This document shows positions 25,486 to 39,696 of a stretch of DNA of 64,000 nucleotides, in pieces. The stretch is from the NCBI GenBank assembly GCA_951406725.2, contig OX597825.1, positions 1,116,001 through 1,180,000 on the forward strand, written 5' to 3'. A program made the position numbers and the translations under genes. This stretch comes from Octopus vulgaris (taxonomy: Eukaryota). Position 1 is the first letter of the stretch. Each line of letters begins with the position of its first letter. The notes beneath the pieces were generated by a model. It was given only the letters and a program-made list of their open reading frames with translations, did no database searches and was not told the DNA's origin.

Positions 25486-27790
25486 TACCTCCCTGCAAGT
25501 TTTTCAAGTTGCAGGGAAGTACAATATCAGGAGAAAGAAGAGTTTTGGAGTGATATCTGGAGTGTTGGAAAAGATCACCAAAGAAGTGTGGAGTGGCTGA
25601 CTAAAGTAAAAAATGACATTGGGGATAAGCAACAGGAAGGATTAGAGGTAGCGTTTGATAAGGTAACTATCCGGTGTAGAAAGATGCCAATTTGGAAAGC
25701 CCCTGGCAGAGATGGTGTGCAAGAGTTGAGTGTCCTTCATGAGAAGATTTGTTGAACAACTGCATAAGATCTTGATTGGAGAAGAGTGGTTGCTAGAATG
25801 GCCAACCTTTTGGAGAACAATCGTGTGTTTGAAGGAACCCAGCCAAGGAAATGCAGTCGACAACCTCAGACCTTTCGCTTGCTTCTCCCTTATGTAGAAG
25901 CTTATGACAGGTGTCATTGCTGAGGCAATGCTTGAATGCCTAGAAGAGACACTAGCTGAAGAGCAAAAGGGATGTAGGAGAAGAAACAGGGGGACTAAGG
26001 ATCACTTGTTGATTGCTAAAGCGCACAAACCTTGCCATGGCCTGGTTCAGTTACTGAGAGGCTTATGACATGTGCCACATAGTTGGATGTTGGAATGTTT
26101 GCATATGTTTGGTTTGGCAGCTAACGTTAGAAAGTTTCTGGTGAGCAAAATATGGATGGCTGGAAGACTGAGCTGACCTAATACAGACATTGGGAGTTGT
26201 GAACATCAAGAGAGGAATATTCCAGGGGGGAGACAGTCTTTTGCCTCTGCTGTTTGCATTGTGTATGGTTCCACTTTCATTAGGGTTGAGAAGGGCAAAG
26301 GCTGGTTACAAGTGGAGAGGAAATGAATTTAAGATAAACCACCCGCTGCTCATGGATGATCTGAAAGTCTTTGGGAAAGCTTGTGAACAGAATGATTCCC
26401 TTGTACGGACATTTCACACATTTAGCACAAACAGAGGAATGGAATTTGGCATAAAAAGATGTAGGGTTCTACTATTGAAGTAAGGTGGAAATGATAAGAT
26501 AGGAGGAATTATGTTAGGGAGAAAATTGGCGACAACAGGCATAAATACTTGGACATCTTGGGAAAAGACAAAATGAAAGAGCTGTTGTCAAAGACATATA
26601 AAGAGAGACTGAAATTGGTGTTAGAGTTTAAGTGGTAGGAATAAGATGCTGATTGTCAGCAGATGGGCCATTGCAGGTTTAAGGAAGAGGGATGGTGTGA
26701 TAAAGGGGAGAACTGATGAACTTAAGCAGTTTGATAGAAAGACCAGGAATATGATGGCATTACAACACAAAATTGATGCAAACATGTTGTATGTATGATG
26801 AGAGAGAAGAGGAAGTGGTCTGATTAGCTGGGAAATGTATGAGAAGTCTGAAGAAAATAATCTGGCATAGCATATAAAGAATTCAAAGGAGAGATTGATG
26901 GCGAGAGTAAGAAAGAAAGAAGTCCTGAGAAGGGATGAAGCAAAAGAAAAGGGAGAAAAAGGGAAAATTTTAACAAAACAGAACCACACCTTAATGGAAA
27001 TAAAAATAATGTATGCTTAATTCTTATGGGAAATACCTGAGAGAATTGACAAAGACAAGATCTGAGAATGGACTAGGAAGAGAACGGGCACTGAGAATGA
27101 ACTATGTCAAGTTCGATATTGACAAGTGAGTAAGTTTGTAAGTTGTGGGGTGAGAAAGGTGAAACAATAAACCACATCAGCGAATGTAAGAGGCTTGCAC
27201 AGAAAAAGTAGAAGAGAAGGCAGGACAACATTAGCAGATTGGTTCACTGGAAGCTCAGGCTCATAAGTATGACACGAGAAGTGAGAAATGGTATGAGAAC
27301 CAACTGGAAACGGCTGCTGAAAACAAAGAGTATAAAATCTTGTGGGACATGGCCATCCAGTGTGGTGATCTTATTGTGACTAGAAAACCTGAAATTGTTA
27401 TCATAGAAAAGAAGAAGAAGAAGAAAGCAATTATTATGGATATTGCTTAACCATGGGACCACAGAATGAATGAGAAGGAAAGTGAGGAGGTTGAGAAATA
27501 TCAGGGGCTGAAGTGGGAAATTAGTCAACTATGGACAATCAGGCAATTTGAAGTGGTAACGATTATGGTTGGTGCACTGGGAGTGGTTAGTGAAAGATTG
27601 GATGCATGGCTAGAAATTATCATCAGGATGGAACTTGCATACAACAATCTTGTTAGGAACAGCAAGGATTCCAAGGAGGGTGTTAAAAAGTTGAAGGAAA
27701 AGGAATAACCCAAAGGATATAGCTTGCTCTTTTGCTATAGGGTAGGTATAACGTCTGTTAGAGTAAAAGTGGCATGTGTGATAATAATCA
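25483..27790 (+). mobile_element. 5'-truncated R4/Dong-like RLE non-LTR retrotransposon (pseudogenised RT + CCHC + RLE) inserted in (TAA)n
   Basis: [22 protein letters not shown](G)DSLLPLLF, INHPLLMDDLKVF, RKPEIVII, EKYQGLKWEISQLW, IMVGALGVV; starts after an (AAT)n run and ends gtgtgataataat. Confidence 0.9.
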
Positions 27791-27829
27791 GAAGAAGAAG
27801 GAGAAAGAGAAGAAAAAGAAGAATTCTTT

Positions 27830-28098
27830 AAAATTTTGGCAAAAGGCTAGCAATTTTAGGGGGAGGAATTTAATTGATTACATTGACCTCAGTGCTCAAC
27901 TGTACGTATTTTATTAACCCAAAAGGGCAAGGGGCAAAGTTGACCTTGATTGAATTTGAACTCAAAATGTAGTAAGTAGGAAGAAATACTGTAAAGTTAC
28001 AGGGATATAAGCACACCAACACCGGCTGTCAAGTGGTGATGAGGGATAAAAACAAACACACACAACACATGTGTTTTATACATATAGATATAAAAGCC

Positions 28099-28142
<44 letters not shown>

Positions 28143-28300
28143 GGCTTCTTTAAGTTTCCATCTACCAAATCCACTCACATGACTTTGGTTGGCCTGAGAC
28201 TATAATAAAAGACACTTGCCCAAAGTGCTACTCAGTGGGATTGAACCTGGGACCATGTGGTTGAAAAACAAGCTTATTATCGTGGAATCACAGCTGCACC
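27830..28300 (-). mobile_element. Adjacent SINE A (27830-27995) and SINE B (27995-28300) fragments
   Basis: Similarity to other copies. Confidence 0.75.
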
Positions 28301-29849
28301 TTGCACATTTTCTTTAACTGCACTGAATGCAGCTCAGAACATACCAAAGGGCTTCAGAGACTGAATATGCATTGAAAAGCTTGCTTTACAAATAAATTTG
28401 GTTAATTTGTCGCTTTTGCACTTCACTGATATCTTAATTATCTCTATTTACAAATGGCAATTGAAATATAAAAACAAATTCTATAATGTCAATGTCAGGG
28501 TTAAGTGTCACTTTATATGAACTACATAGTAATTAGATTTAAAGAAATTGATTTAATTTTATTCCTCAAAATTTATAAATAATATTCTTCAAGTAGAAAA
28601 TGAAAATATTTGAAGAACAGAAAGGATTTAATTTATGATATAATTTTGTGTTGGGTAAAATATCTTCTAAAATCTATGATCTTTAAAGGAGAAAATGTAA
28701 ATTTATTATATTCAATGATCTTAGTTCATATGTTCATGCTAAATATCACCAAAAGTTTTTAAAAATATGGATTATTAATAAATAATTTAAAAAGAAATAT
28801 TAAAGATTGTAAAAGAGAATAGTTGTTGCTCAGAGCCATGTCATGTCTGATCAACCATACTTATGTCCAAGGACATTCTAGTACACTTGAAACCACAATT
28901 ATCAAACACATTTTTTCCTTAGGAAGGTGTAACTTGAGGGAAACACGGCGACTATTTTTAGCATGTTGTGTGACTGCATGGAGAGTCCTTTGCTGGCCTG
29001 TAAACGATTAGGTTTTTGAAAATTATTAGATCAATCGTAAGGAAGATATATTTATATTGAAATATGAATGATACATTGAAAATAACAGCATTTTTCTTTA
29101 ATTTGCACAACATTTCCAGTGTTGTGAGGCAATTATTGAACCCTAAGGGGGTATTTATTTATGCAGTCATTAGCAAGATATCACAAATGGCATTTTACTA
29201 ACATCCTATTGATGTAGCATTCACTAACAGCTGCTTCTCACACGTGCCATCCCTATAACAGTAGATTTTATTGAGCACAAAATGGAATGAAAGGAAAACA
29301 AAAATATAATGAAATCCTAAATGCGATCAAATTGACATTATGAGTTGACTTTTAAACAGTTACTTAGTTGAAAGATTGCAAGTAGTTTTTCCTTTCGACT
29401 AGTAGTTAATTAATTGGAAACACTGTGGTAAATTGCTTGTGTGCAAAGGTATCTCCAATCAATAATTGAAAAGACACTCAAATAATGTGAGTTTTACATT
29501 CCGTCTTCAATGAAGTAGGTTCTCAATCTTTAACATTATCGAAGCAGTGGATGTTGCCGTGAACTAACGGAAATACATTACAATATTAAGTTTTGTATCC
29601 TCTAAGTTTCCTCCTCATTCTGCAGTTGATAAAACATATAATGACTATTTACTCAAAATTTAAAGACTTTTTTCATTTATCTTGTAATATAACGTAATTT
29701 ACTCTGTAATGTGGAATGGCTTGCTCATTAATGCAACATAATTACTCAGTAGTTTGATATAATTTGACTTGAGATATGGAAAAGTAACTTTTTCTTATAT
29801 TTTAGTCAGAACAGAAGGCAGTGCCTCTGTAACTTGGGGGTGAGAGGAA

Positions 29850-31760
29850 GGTACAGAAACCTCAGTTGACAGAAGTAATGCATTTGTATTCCTGAAAATC
29901 TTGCCATAATGTGAAATTCTGTAAGGCAAAATTAATTATTAATTTTCCTATTGATTTTCATATTACGAGATTGCATTGCTATGGATTAAAAAGAAAAATA
30001 AAAGCACAAAGAAACAACAGAGAACATGCAATGTGTTCACCTTTATACAGGAAAATAACCATTTCTAAACATACAGGGTAAAAATATATACGGACATAAA
30101 AAACACAAAAAAACATTTTAAGAGATCAATGAACTAATAAGAATCGTAATATCATGAGAGTAAGATCAAGCTACAAAAGATGGGGCTGCAGGGGGGTGGA
30201 AGGGGCATTATGAGGAGGACGAAGGACAATGTACACATGATCTTGTAGTTTATTACCAGAACCATCAGCTTGAAATAGTTTGTTGTTTATGATGCATCAT
30301 CTCTTTGAATAGCTCAGTATAGGAACTGAGCTCATTGTCAATGCCTCTTGTAATATTTAGGTTGCATTCATGATTGAGATCTTTACCATCAAAAACTTGC
30401 TGACCTTTTGTCGAGAAGTACCAACCCTTGACCAATAACTTTTGTAGTCAGTTTAAGTGGTGCAGGAGGAACTTCCATTGTCTCATCTGTATTCTCAGCT
30501 TCTTGTTAGATAAACTTTCTCCCTGGGACACTAGCAACTCAGTCATACCATCTTCAATTCCTACATCCTTTGCAAGTGTCACCATATCTTTCCGGATTTG
30601 ATGTAAACTTTCTGCTTGAGGAAAACTTGTAATGCCATGGATACAGTCTGGCCATATACTTTTCCAAGCTATATTATTCACATTGTCCATTATGTTGAAT
30701 TTCTCCTAGAAATCTCTAAATTTAGATTTATCCTTCCTGTCAGTCACTTTCATAAACTGTTTGAGAGTTCTGACATACCTTGAAGTTAGCTATCACACCT
30801 TGATCCATTGGCTGGAGAAAGAAATGTATTCTGGGTGATATATTCTACTCTCCTATTATCAGAAAGGTTATCTAAGTTTACTGGGTGGCTCAGTGCATTG
30901 TCTAAAAGAAAGGTTATCTAAGTTTACTGGGTGGCTCAGTGCATTGTCTAAAAGAAAGGTTATCTAAGTTTACTGGGTGGCTCAGTGCATTGTCTAAAAG
31001 AAGCAATGCTTTCCTGGAAATATTAGGTCTGCTACTGTACCTTTGTACCACAGGACAAAACACATTTGTAAACCTCTCTTTGCAAAAGCACTTTGTCAAC
31101 CATACCTTCTTATTTGAATGCCAAATCAGAGGTAGATTAAATTTTGTGTAAACCTTGAAAGCCCTAAGATTCTCAGAGGGCTACATGTTTAGGGGCTTTA
31201 GTGTTATTTCCTCCCAAAAGAAGTATCAGATGAATTTTTTAGAAGCTTTAAATCCTGCTGTGGATTTTATTTCTTGAGAAATAAAAGTTCTAAGAGGCAT
31301 GCACTTCCAGAAAAGTGCAGTCTCATCAACATTGTATACTTGCTCAAGTGTGTCGCCCCCTTCAGCAATAATTCTCTTCAACTGCTTAGAATAATTAGTA
31401 GCAGCCTCTGTATCAGTGTTCACACTTTCACCAGTCGTTTTTATGTTGTGCAAAGCCATACGCTTCTTAAACCTTTTAAACCATCCTTTATAAGCCAAAA
31501 GAGGTTTTTCATTGGAAGTTTCAACTTCTTTTTTTGGCAAATTGTCATATAAACTTCTGGCTTTTCTTTTAATTACCATTATATTAGTGTAACATTATGC
31601 TGATTCTGATCCTCAGTTTATATGCTCAAGTGTTTTTCCATTTTAGCATTACATTAGATCTGGACATAATTTTCTCTCTGTTGTCATGTATTGTTCCCAC
31701 CATAGATGTTGCAAGATGTAATGGTTTGGCAAACTTAGTTTTACTTTGACACATTTTTCT
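29850..31760 (-). mobile_element. Decayed Tigger/pogo DNA transposon (CENP-B HTH + DDE_1 transposase pseudogene)
   Basis: KGWFKRFKKR, QVYNVDETALFWKCMP, ALLLLDNALSHP, QPMDQGVIANFK motifs; putative TIR remnant near 29853. Confidence 0.9.
30861..31002. repeat. Three identical tandem copies of a 46-bp unit
   Basis: agaaaggttatctaagtttactgggtggctcagtgcattgtctaaa at 30861, 30907, 30953. Confidence 0.97.
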
Positions 31761-33733
31761 TTAAGCATCAACTTTGATATTCACTCTAATCCCTTGAAAG
31801 GTTGAAAGGCAAAGCTGACCATAGTGAACTTTGAACTAAAATTGCAGATAGTAATGTCAAATACTACAAGATATTCTATGAGATGTCCTACTTGTTGCAT
31901 TTTCTGGTTTCACTAGTGCCAGAGAAGTTCAGTCCTCAATAAAACAGAACTGAAGACACTTCATAATTCTAGGCTTTTTTCTGCTCATCCACCATTTACT
32001 TTATTGTGTGTGCTGAGTGTACGAAGGAAGTTATAAAATCTTTGCTGTATACATTGCCATCATCATTATCAGTTTCTTCATATTCATCAAGTTTATATCC
32101 ATTCTTCCATGCTGGCAGGGGTTCTATATGGTTTCTGAGACAGCAATTTACTGCCAGATGCTTTTCTTATTGTCATCCATTTAAGTTGGCTTTTATCACA
32201 TGTAGAGATGTGCTGCACTGTTTTTCAAACTATAATAACATATTATACTATGCTATATATATGTATACATATACATACACTTTATTGTATAATATATTTT
32301 ATATTGTGCAATATATTATAGAATATATTACATAACATATGTACATATTATATTTAAATGTTATATCATTTTTCTGTTGAGTATTTCAAATAAATGTCTT
32401 TCATTTAGTCGGATTGGGTTGAGCGTGAGAGTTTGTAATCTCATTTGAAACATCAGAAGGAAATCAGATCAACACTGTTGTTGTGACACATTTCTACACT
32501 TCACTTAATATTCTACAGCAATATATGTATAGTTATAAGGAAAACATATACATCACTACACAAACAGGAATATTTTATTTTGTATTTTATTTTGTCCATT
32601 TTATAGCTAGGAACATTAATCTCTAAGCAAGGAATCATTATTTTTGAAGGAAATCTATAAATAGAAAAAACGAAATGTGTTTATAATTTCATTCCAAAGT
32701 TTAGATAAAAGCTATTTTTTAATATATTATTATTGCTTTTTTTTCTTCTTCTTTTCTTTCTGCTATGAAAACAAACAATAGAAAAGTCAGTGAGGAAATT
32801 GCATAAAACAATTTATCAAATGAATAAAAATTTGCAAGTACAAGGAGGTTTAGTGAAAGATGTTGGTAATATGCTTACAGGATGCTTTTCCTACCCCATT
32901 ATTTATATTGAATTTCAACATGAATGAAATTTATTCCTGATTGTGTTCATCTAAAGATGTTTTTGATTTTATTTTCAAGTCATGACAAATGTTCCTGAGA
33001 AAAGCGTGTATGTACATGATTTTAGAAAGAATCGTACAGAGTGGTGGGGCCTGTTGCTTGTTCGGCTTTAAACAACACATCAATATTGTTCTAGCTTTTT
33101 ACAAATATTACACTACATGAAAATCATTGTAGCTATTTTCCTGTCTTTTCCATCTTTTCTAACTTACTAACTTTCTCAGATTCCCACTAGCACCAGCTGC
33201 ATCATATTTCTACACCTTTATTCTCATCATTTTGTAAATATTTCTATGTAAATTTAAATTCATATTCAAATTTTCCAGGTTTGCTTATTTATTTTATGCT
33301 TGGGGTAGGATATCATCATCATCATCATCATTATTATTATTATTATTATTATTAATGTTATTATCATTACTATTACTTTATATTTCTTTAAATTGCTATT
33401 CATTTTTATTTTGTAGGAGTTGCCATTTTTTAAAAATAACAAAACCAAGGAAGCTGAAGTTTTCTATAGGAATTTCTTTTATGAATTGCTTGCTGATAAA
33501 TTGAAGAAATGTCTAACTGAAATGTTAACCTGTTTCTTTAAATGATTCTATACATCGTTTCGTTAATTTTGTTCTGAAAATCAATTCACACTCTTTGTTA
33601 ATAAAATGCTTATTTTTGTCAGATTTACTCGTTGTTGGTTCATTGCTTGAATAAATTCCTATCATGAAACACAAAAACACCAAATAATGAATCCAGTTAA
33701 AGGAATTTTCATACTGTTCTGTTACATTTCAGA

Positions 33734-33774
<41 letters not shown>

Positions 33775-34315
33775 ACACAGAGTTAAAAGAACACTTTTGG
33801 TGGGCATACAGTTAGGAATTACAACTAATTTTAACCGCATTAATGGTGCTATTGATGAATATTAGTAAATAGAAAACACTCGGATATTTCAATATTAGCC
33901 AAGTTATTTATGCGTAGAATGAGTGAACAGTTATGGCCATAGTAATATTCATGAAAGTTTTGTGAAAGAAATTTTAATAAAAAATACATTTTAATGGTTG
34001 AAGTCATTAAATTTATTCAAGTATTCAAGACAGCTTACAACATTTAAATATGTGTTCTGGATGACTTCATAAATATTTCCTAAAATTATTGTTTTATTGT
34101 TTTACTGGTTTTAGTTATTAGATTGAACCCATGAAGAAGTAGCCTCTTCAAGACTTACTTTTGCTTGATTCTTATTTTACCAATCTCTATGTAATAAATC
34201 ACTAGTTTACATCTTAAGTATTAGTACAAAGGGATGCAATTTCGAATGCTGATTTACCCTGGTACACACACACACACACATACACAAGCACACACACACA
34301 CGCACACACACACAC

Positions 34316-34361
<46 letters not shown>

Positions 34362-34379
34362 GCACAGATAGCCACATGT

Positions 34380-34700
34380 GGAGGTATGGCTATGAAGTTC
34401 ATTTCTCAAGCACTTGGTTTGCACTGAGTAGCATATTTTGTGACTGTTCTCTACTCTAGTCCGAAACTAACCAATGCCTTGGAAGTGAAATTTACAGAGA
34501 AACTGTGTGGAACTCTGTCATGTGTGGAACTCTGTCATGTGTGGAACTCTGTCATGTGCGACTGTCATGAAAGCTGTGGTCTTCCATGTCTGATTATGGC
34601 GGAAATATCTTACTTGGAAACAGGTGAGGGTTTGCAGCTGGCCTTAGGAAATCTATCTGAACAAAAATCCCAACCAATGCATGCTTGTATACAAAGTTAG
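34380..34700 (+). mobile_element. Decayed SINE B-type copy containing a 17-bp triplication (34504-34554)
   Basis: Head and tail similar to 47040-47430; tgtgtggaactctgtca x3. Confidence 0.6.
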
Positions 34701-35222
34701 AACAAAGCTATTTCCATATTTGGTGTGCACCTGCATTGTTTCTTTCTTTAGAATTCTATTCAAAAAGGCATTTGTTAATTGCAGGCTGCAATCAACACAG
34801 TTATAGTTGCACCTGCATATTTTTCCAGTTCCTTCTAACGAGTAAAATGTTTTGATTATGTTTAATTGGGATTACTTTTGCTTTTACTTTTGGCAATTTA
34901 ATGAAAAATCACAAAATCATTTTCTCTTCTGTTGATTTCGTAGACTCAGTTGTTGTAAACCCTGACTGAGCAGGCTTATAACCAGGGACATTAAAAGATT
35001 ACATGATTCAATATACCCCTTACCCTTATTATGATAGAAGCATGTGATAGGAAGTGAAGCAATTTTGGTTTCAGCAGAAGATCAGGCAAATGCACAGAAG
35101 CCCTCTCTCGTTGGTTTCTTTAAATAAGATGCAAACATCCTCGCAGTTTATAGTTTGCATTTTGTATTACCAGGAGCTACAGTTAGTTTTCAATGTGATT
35201 TTATAACAAGGGCAGTAGAGGT

Positions 35223-35362
35223 GTAGTAGTAGTAGTAGTAGTAGTAAAAGTAGTGGGGGTGGTAGTAGTAGTAGTAGTAGTGGTGGTGGTGGTGGTGGTG
35301 GTGGTGGTGGTAGTAGTAGTTGTAGTAGTAGTAGTAGTAGTAGTAGTAGTAATAGTAGTAGA
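35223..35362. repeat. Compound (GTA)n/(GGT)n microsatellite
   Basis: Direct inspection. Confidence 0.95.
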
Positions 35363-35558
35363 AGACACAGCATCAGCTCTTTTCTGAGACAGCCTTGAGT
35401 GGACAGATTTATGACTGACAGTGTTCCAATATCACCGTACCTTCTTTTTTATGTACCCTAGGCCTTACATAGTTCAATGTATTATTTGTCTCAGAAGATG
35501 TTAGGGTTCATTTGTACTTAATTTAGTTTTATTTAGTTGTTCCTTTATTTGTTCCTAG

Positions 35559-35602
35559 ATTGTTTGCATTTTATGAAGGTACAAATGAAGTTGGTTTAAT
35601 AG
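35559..35602 (+). CDS. Candidate 44-nt exon (LFAFYEGTNEVGLI)
   Basis: Pyrimidine tract + tAG, AG|GTAAGA donor, single open frame ending in phase 1. Confidence 0.3.
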
Positions 35603-36479
35603 GTAAGATATTGGTTATTTAAAACAGCGAACAGCAAAGGAAACAACTGATAGACTAAACCAAAGATTTGTGATGAAGTATAATAAATGTCAAGATAAGT
35701 ATGACTGAAATAGTTTCCTGATGTTTCAGTATTGATTAGTGTTCTGGAAATTGTATCTTTAGTGAACAAGTTCAACCAAAATATATCACCCTAAAATTTA
35801 ATACACAATATAGCAGCAAAAGATGTTTTAAAAAAAAAATCAATATATTATATTCTGTAAACAATATTTTCTTATAGATATGAAAACAACCATAAAAAAA
35901 TCAAGTTGATATTTAAGAGATAAGGAGGAATATTGTGAAAACATTGGAATACTTAAAAATATAATATCTCTGTTGCTGAAGAACGTTTTTGGTAAAAATG
36001 AATGATAAAAACATTTTATGCTTAATTTACCAACATGAAGACATTCAGTAGACTTACTCTAAGGAAATTAATCTAGACACAGACATAACTTCCTTATACT
36101 AAGAATACTCATGTTTGTAAATTAAGCATAAAATGTACATGTGTGTGTATATACACGTGTGTGTGTGTGTATACATGTATGTGTTCTGTCATTCTGTTTG
36201 TCAATAACATCGAAGGCTGTATATTATTACTACTGAGATGTGCAAACATATCTTTTCAGAGCTGAGTATGTAATGGGCCTCAGTGTCCCATTATTACTGT
36301 GTATCTTTCCACCGTCCCATTATTATGATGTATGAAATTAGAAAATTAAAAAATTTTTTCCAAGATTTTGTCACCAGACTTTTCACACTTTTAAGACTGG
36401 TGTAGAGAAAAGTTCTTGAAATAAGATGAGGAGCTGACAGAGAAGGAGGGGGGGAATCATGGAGGAATCTACATCTTTA

Positions 36480-36721
36480 CCTTTTACTTGTTTTACGCAT
36501 TTGACTGTGGTCATGCTGGGGCATTACCTTGAAGGGTTTTAGTCAAACAAATCTACTGCAGGGCTTATTTTTTTTTAAAGCCTAGTGCTTATTCTATCAG
36601 TCTCTTTTGCTGAACTGCTAAGTTACAGGGATGTAAACACACCAACACCAGTTGTCAAATGGAGGAGGACAAACACAGACACACACACACATAGTTATAT
36701 ATATACATACATATAAATAAA

Positions 36722-36775
<54 letters not shown>

Positions 36776-36935
36776 TATACATACATATATATACACACAT
36801 ACATATATATACACACATACATACATAAACGCTGAGCTTGTTTCAGTTTCTGTCTATCATATTCATTTACAAAGCCTTGGTCATCTGAGGCTATAGCAGA
36901 AGACACTTGCCCAAGGTGTCACAAACTGAAACCAT
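36480..36935 (-). mobile_element. SINE family B copy with long (TA)n insert
   Basis: Similarity to other copies. Confidence 0.85.
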
Positions 36936-37168
36936 GGCAAAATATCAATTGAAATCTCAAGTTTAGAAATTACAATCAATTCGCTATATATACTCTTCAG
37001 AAACAGATTTTCATACGCACTGAATGGTAGTGCATTTGCAATCTCAAGAGTGTCACTGAATATTCTCATGAATTAAAGGCCAATTCTTGAACCATTCACA
37101 AGAGCTTGCTCTTATGCTATGAATTGTAAAGTATTAATGTTACTGAAGTTCTTTTGATTTGATGTTAG

Positions 37169-37243
37169 ACATTATAAGCACCAGTTTGAGACAGAAAAGA
37201 GATGTGGACTCACTGACGGGATTTAAACCATGTTACTTACCAG
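37169..37243 (+). CDS. Candidate 75-nt phase 1-1 exon (IISTSLRQKRDVDSLTGFKPCYLP)
   Basis: ttttgatttgatgttAG acceptor, CAG|GTAAGA donor; phase-compatible with 35559-35602 and 39609-39696. Confidence 0.3.
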
Positions 37244-37777
37244 GTAAGAGATTAAATATGATTTATTGTTCTTAATTCGAGACAATAGACTGTCAGGTGG
37301 TCAGTGTTATAATTAGTAATGTGATCAACCTCTATGTAATTAAGATGGAGTTCAATTCCAGTTAACAGGCCTCGTTATTTATCTATTTGCTTATTCATCC
37401 CTGTCTCAAATTGTTGTCTCTAATATATTTATTTATTTTTTTTATTTTATCTAGTTTCAGCTCACGAGCTGTGGCCATGCTGGGGCACCGCCATTGTACA
37501 ATTTACATTCTATCAGTCAAGTCATCTTTTGAATATAGTTGCTGGAACATGGTTATTTGGAGCCAGGTCAGCCCTGGTCAAAACCAATCTATGATCAAAG
37601 ATATTCTGGTTATGACCATCATATCCTTTTCATTTGTGCAGGAAACCTGGATCCACATTATCTGATGTATCTCTTTCTGATAACTGTGTGTGTGTCTGTG
37701 TGTGTGCTGAAGGACAGACGGCTGCGGTTCTGGCTGGTGAAGCAACCTTTAGAAGTTGTTGTTATTTTAAAGTACGT

Positions 37778-37985
37778 TTAACCCTTCTTTAAAATTCAGA
37801 TTTTTCAGTCAAATGTACAGCTTATTTATTCCCATTGTTTTGAATTAATCATGCATAGTCTTGCAGCTTTGAGATTTTCCTGATAGGATTGTTTATTGCA
37901 GGGTGAGTGTGAGAGGCTGCATCTGGCTGGTTTGGACATAAAACAGGGAGACTATTTTGGCTGCTTTAAATGCGTAAGGGGTCAA
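37778..37985. mobile_element. Possible piggyBac-type non-autonomous element
   Basis: Ends TTAA-CCCTT ... AAGGGG-TCAA; about 200 bp. Confidence 0.45.
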
Positions 37986-39608
37986 GGCAAATAAACGAGC
38001 TACACTTTAAGGTTTGATGAGACAGTTTGTTGCAAAGATGCAACTCTCTTGCGCACACCGTTGCTGGTTCCTAACCCAATTTTACTTTCATCATAAATGT
38101 ACTTTTCTAGTCACTGTTTCCATGAAACTGCCTGTTAATAGTTACTAAGCTGTGGACTATTTCCTCCTCTCATAACTACTTTCTAAAGTAATTTTATCAA
38201 CTCCAGAACAGAGCTGATATTTATCTTTTACCTATTTTCTTCTTGTTCTTTGATCTTACAAATTAAAGAAGCTAAGAATATATTTTGATATTCTTTAATT
38301 GACTACATTTATGCAAAGATATACCACAGAATAAAAATATTAAATAAAATTCCATCATCAGTTAATTAAATTAGTCCATTTTCATTACAATATATGAAAA
38401 TTGATGGTGTGATGTTTACAGGAGGAATAACAGAACTTGTCTGTATCATGCATCAATCTTAAATTAACTTTAAAAATAAAAAATTTCTGAGACTCACAGC
38501 AAATAATGCAGTATTTCTATTTTTAATGTTGGAATATATTGTTATTCAAGAAGTGTTGCTGATTATATATATAAAATCTCATGACACACTTAAGAGAAAG
38601 TAGGAAAAAGTTTCCTTTAAGTAATTTGCTATGAAGGAAACTTCTGCATGTTTCTATGCTATCAGAATATGAATTAATGCAGGACAAATATAACAGAAAG
38701 TATAATATTACAAGGATTCTTTTGAAGTCCTTTATCGAGATTGAATCAATGAAACATATAAAAATAGGAATAAATCAATTTGTTGATATAAATTCAGATT
38801 TTGTTATTTAAAAGATCAAAAGTGAAAGAATACAAACCAAAACAATAATGATAAAAAAAATCAAAACAAAATAAAAAAAACAATGAAAATGAAAAAAAAA
38901 AGAAAGAAAAGCATCAAACCTTATAATGATAGTAATAGCATTATTCTTCATCAGGTATAAACATTCTTTGCATACAATGGAAGTAGCAGAACAGTCTTTT
39001 CTACCTGAACAGCAGCACCATCATCATGATCGCATTGATTCCAATAGTTTGATTCTGATCAACTGAAAGAACTCTGCTTTCAGTTTCACTCTTTATAGGA
39101 AACAGTCATGAATTGTACCTCCATTCAAGTGGAGCTTTAACAGAAGTTATTCTCTTTTTATTCTTATTTTAATGAGAACTTTTGTTCTCTTTCCACTGAG
39201 ATTTATAATAATGAGCTTTATGAACAGGTGTGATGTTTGTATGTTTACCACGGAAAAAAGAACTGAATCAGCTTCTTTCACCTGTTTTACTTTTTTGCCA
39301 CAATAGGCCAAAGGTACATACACACACACACACACATGTGCATGTGTGTGTGTGTGTGTGAGTTTGAGTGAATTTACGTGCACATATGGTTGTGCATTTA
39401 TTTTATGCCTGCTTTTCCATGATTCTCCACCTCATTTATCTGTTGCAAATGTGAAAAATCTGCTGGAAAAAATCTTGTGTAAAATTCTGAAAGCAACGCT
39501 CCAATCCATATTTATACCAAAGTTTTATCAACAACTCAGTAAGAATACATAATCGGGTAGAATAGTAAAAGGATTCTTCCTTTTACTAAATTTTACCAAT
39601 TTTTCCAG

Positions 39609-39696
39609 GAATTCATTGCAAGCAATGGATTTTTATGCCACACATCTATGAAAGTGCAGAACCATTGGATAGTTTGTTAGCAGGGGATGTCATCAG
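39609..39696 (+). CDS. Candidate exon (IHCKQWIFMPHIYESAEPLDSLLAGDVI)
   Basis: Strong acceptor with ACTAA branch-like motif, only the phase-1 frame open, weak donor GTTGTG. Confidence 0.25.

Noticed and set aside
30861-31002. CRISPR-like repeat array
   Set aside because: Units are contiguous with no spacers and lie in a eukaryotic transposon
35167-35373. Poly-L/poly-P ORF resembling a signal peptide
   Set aside because: (GTA)/(GGT) microsatellite
39005-39063. Minus-strand exon that could fill the missing TIR alphaB-betaC segment (LIRIKTIGINAIMMMVLLF)
   Set aside because: Phase fits but motif match is poor and the donor (GTAGAA) is weak
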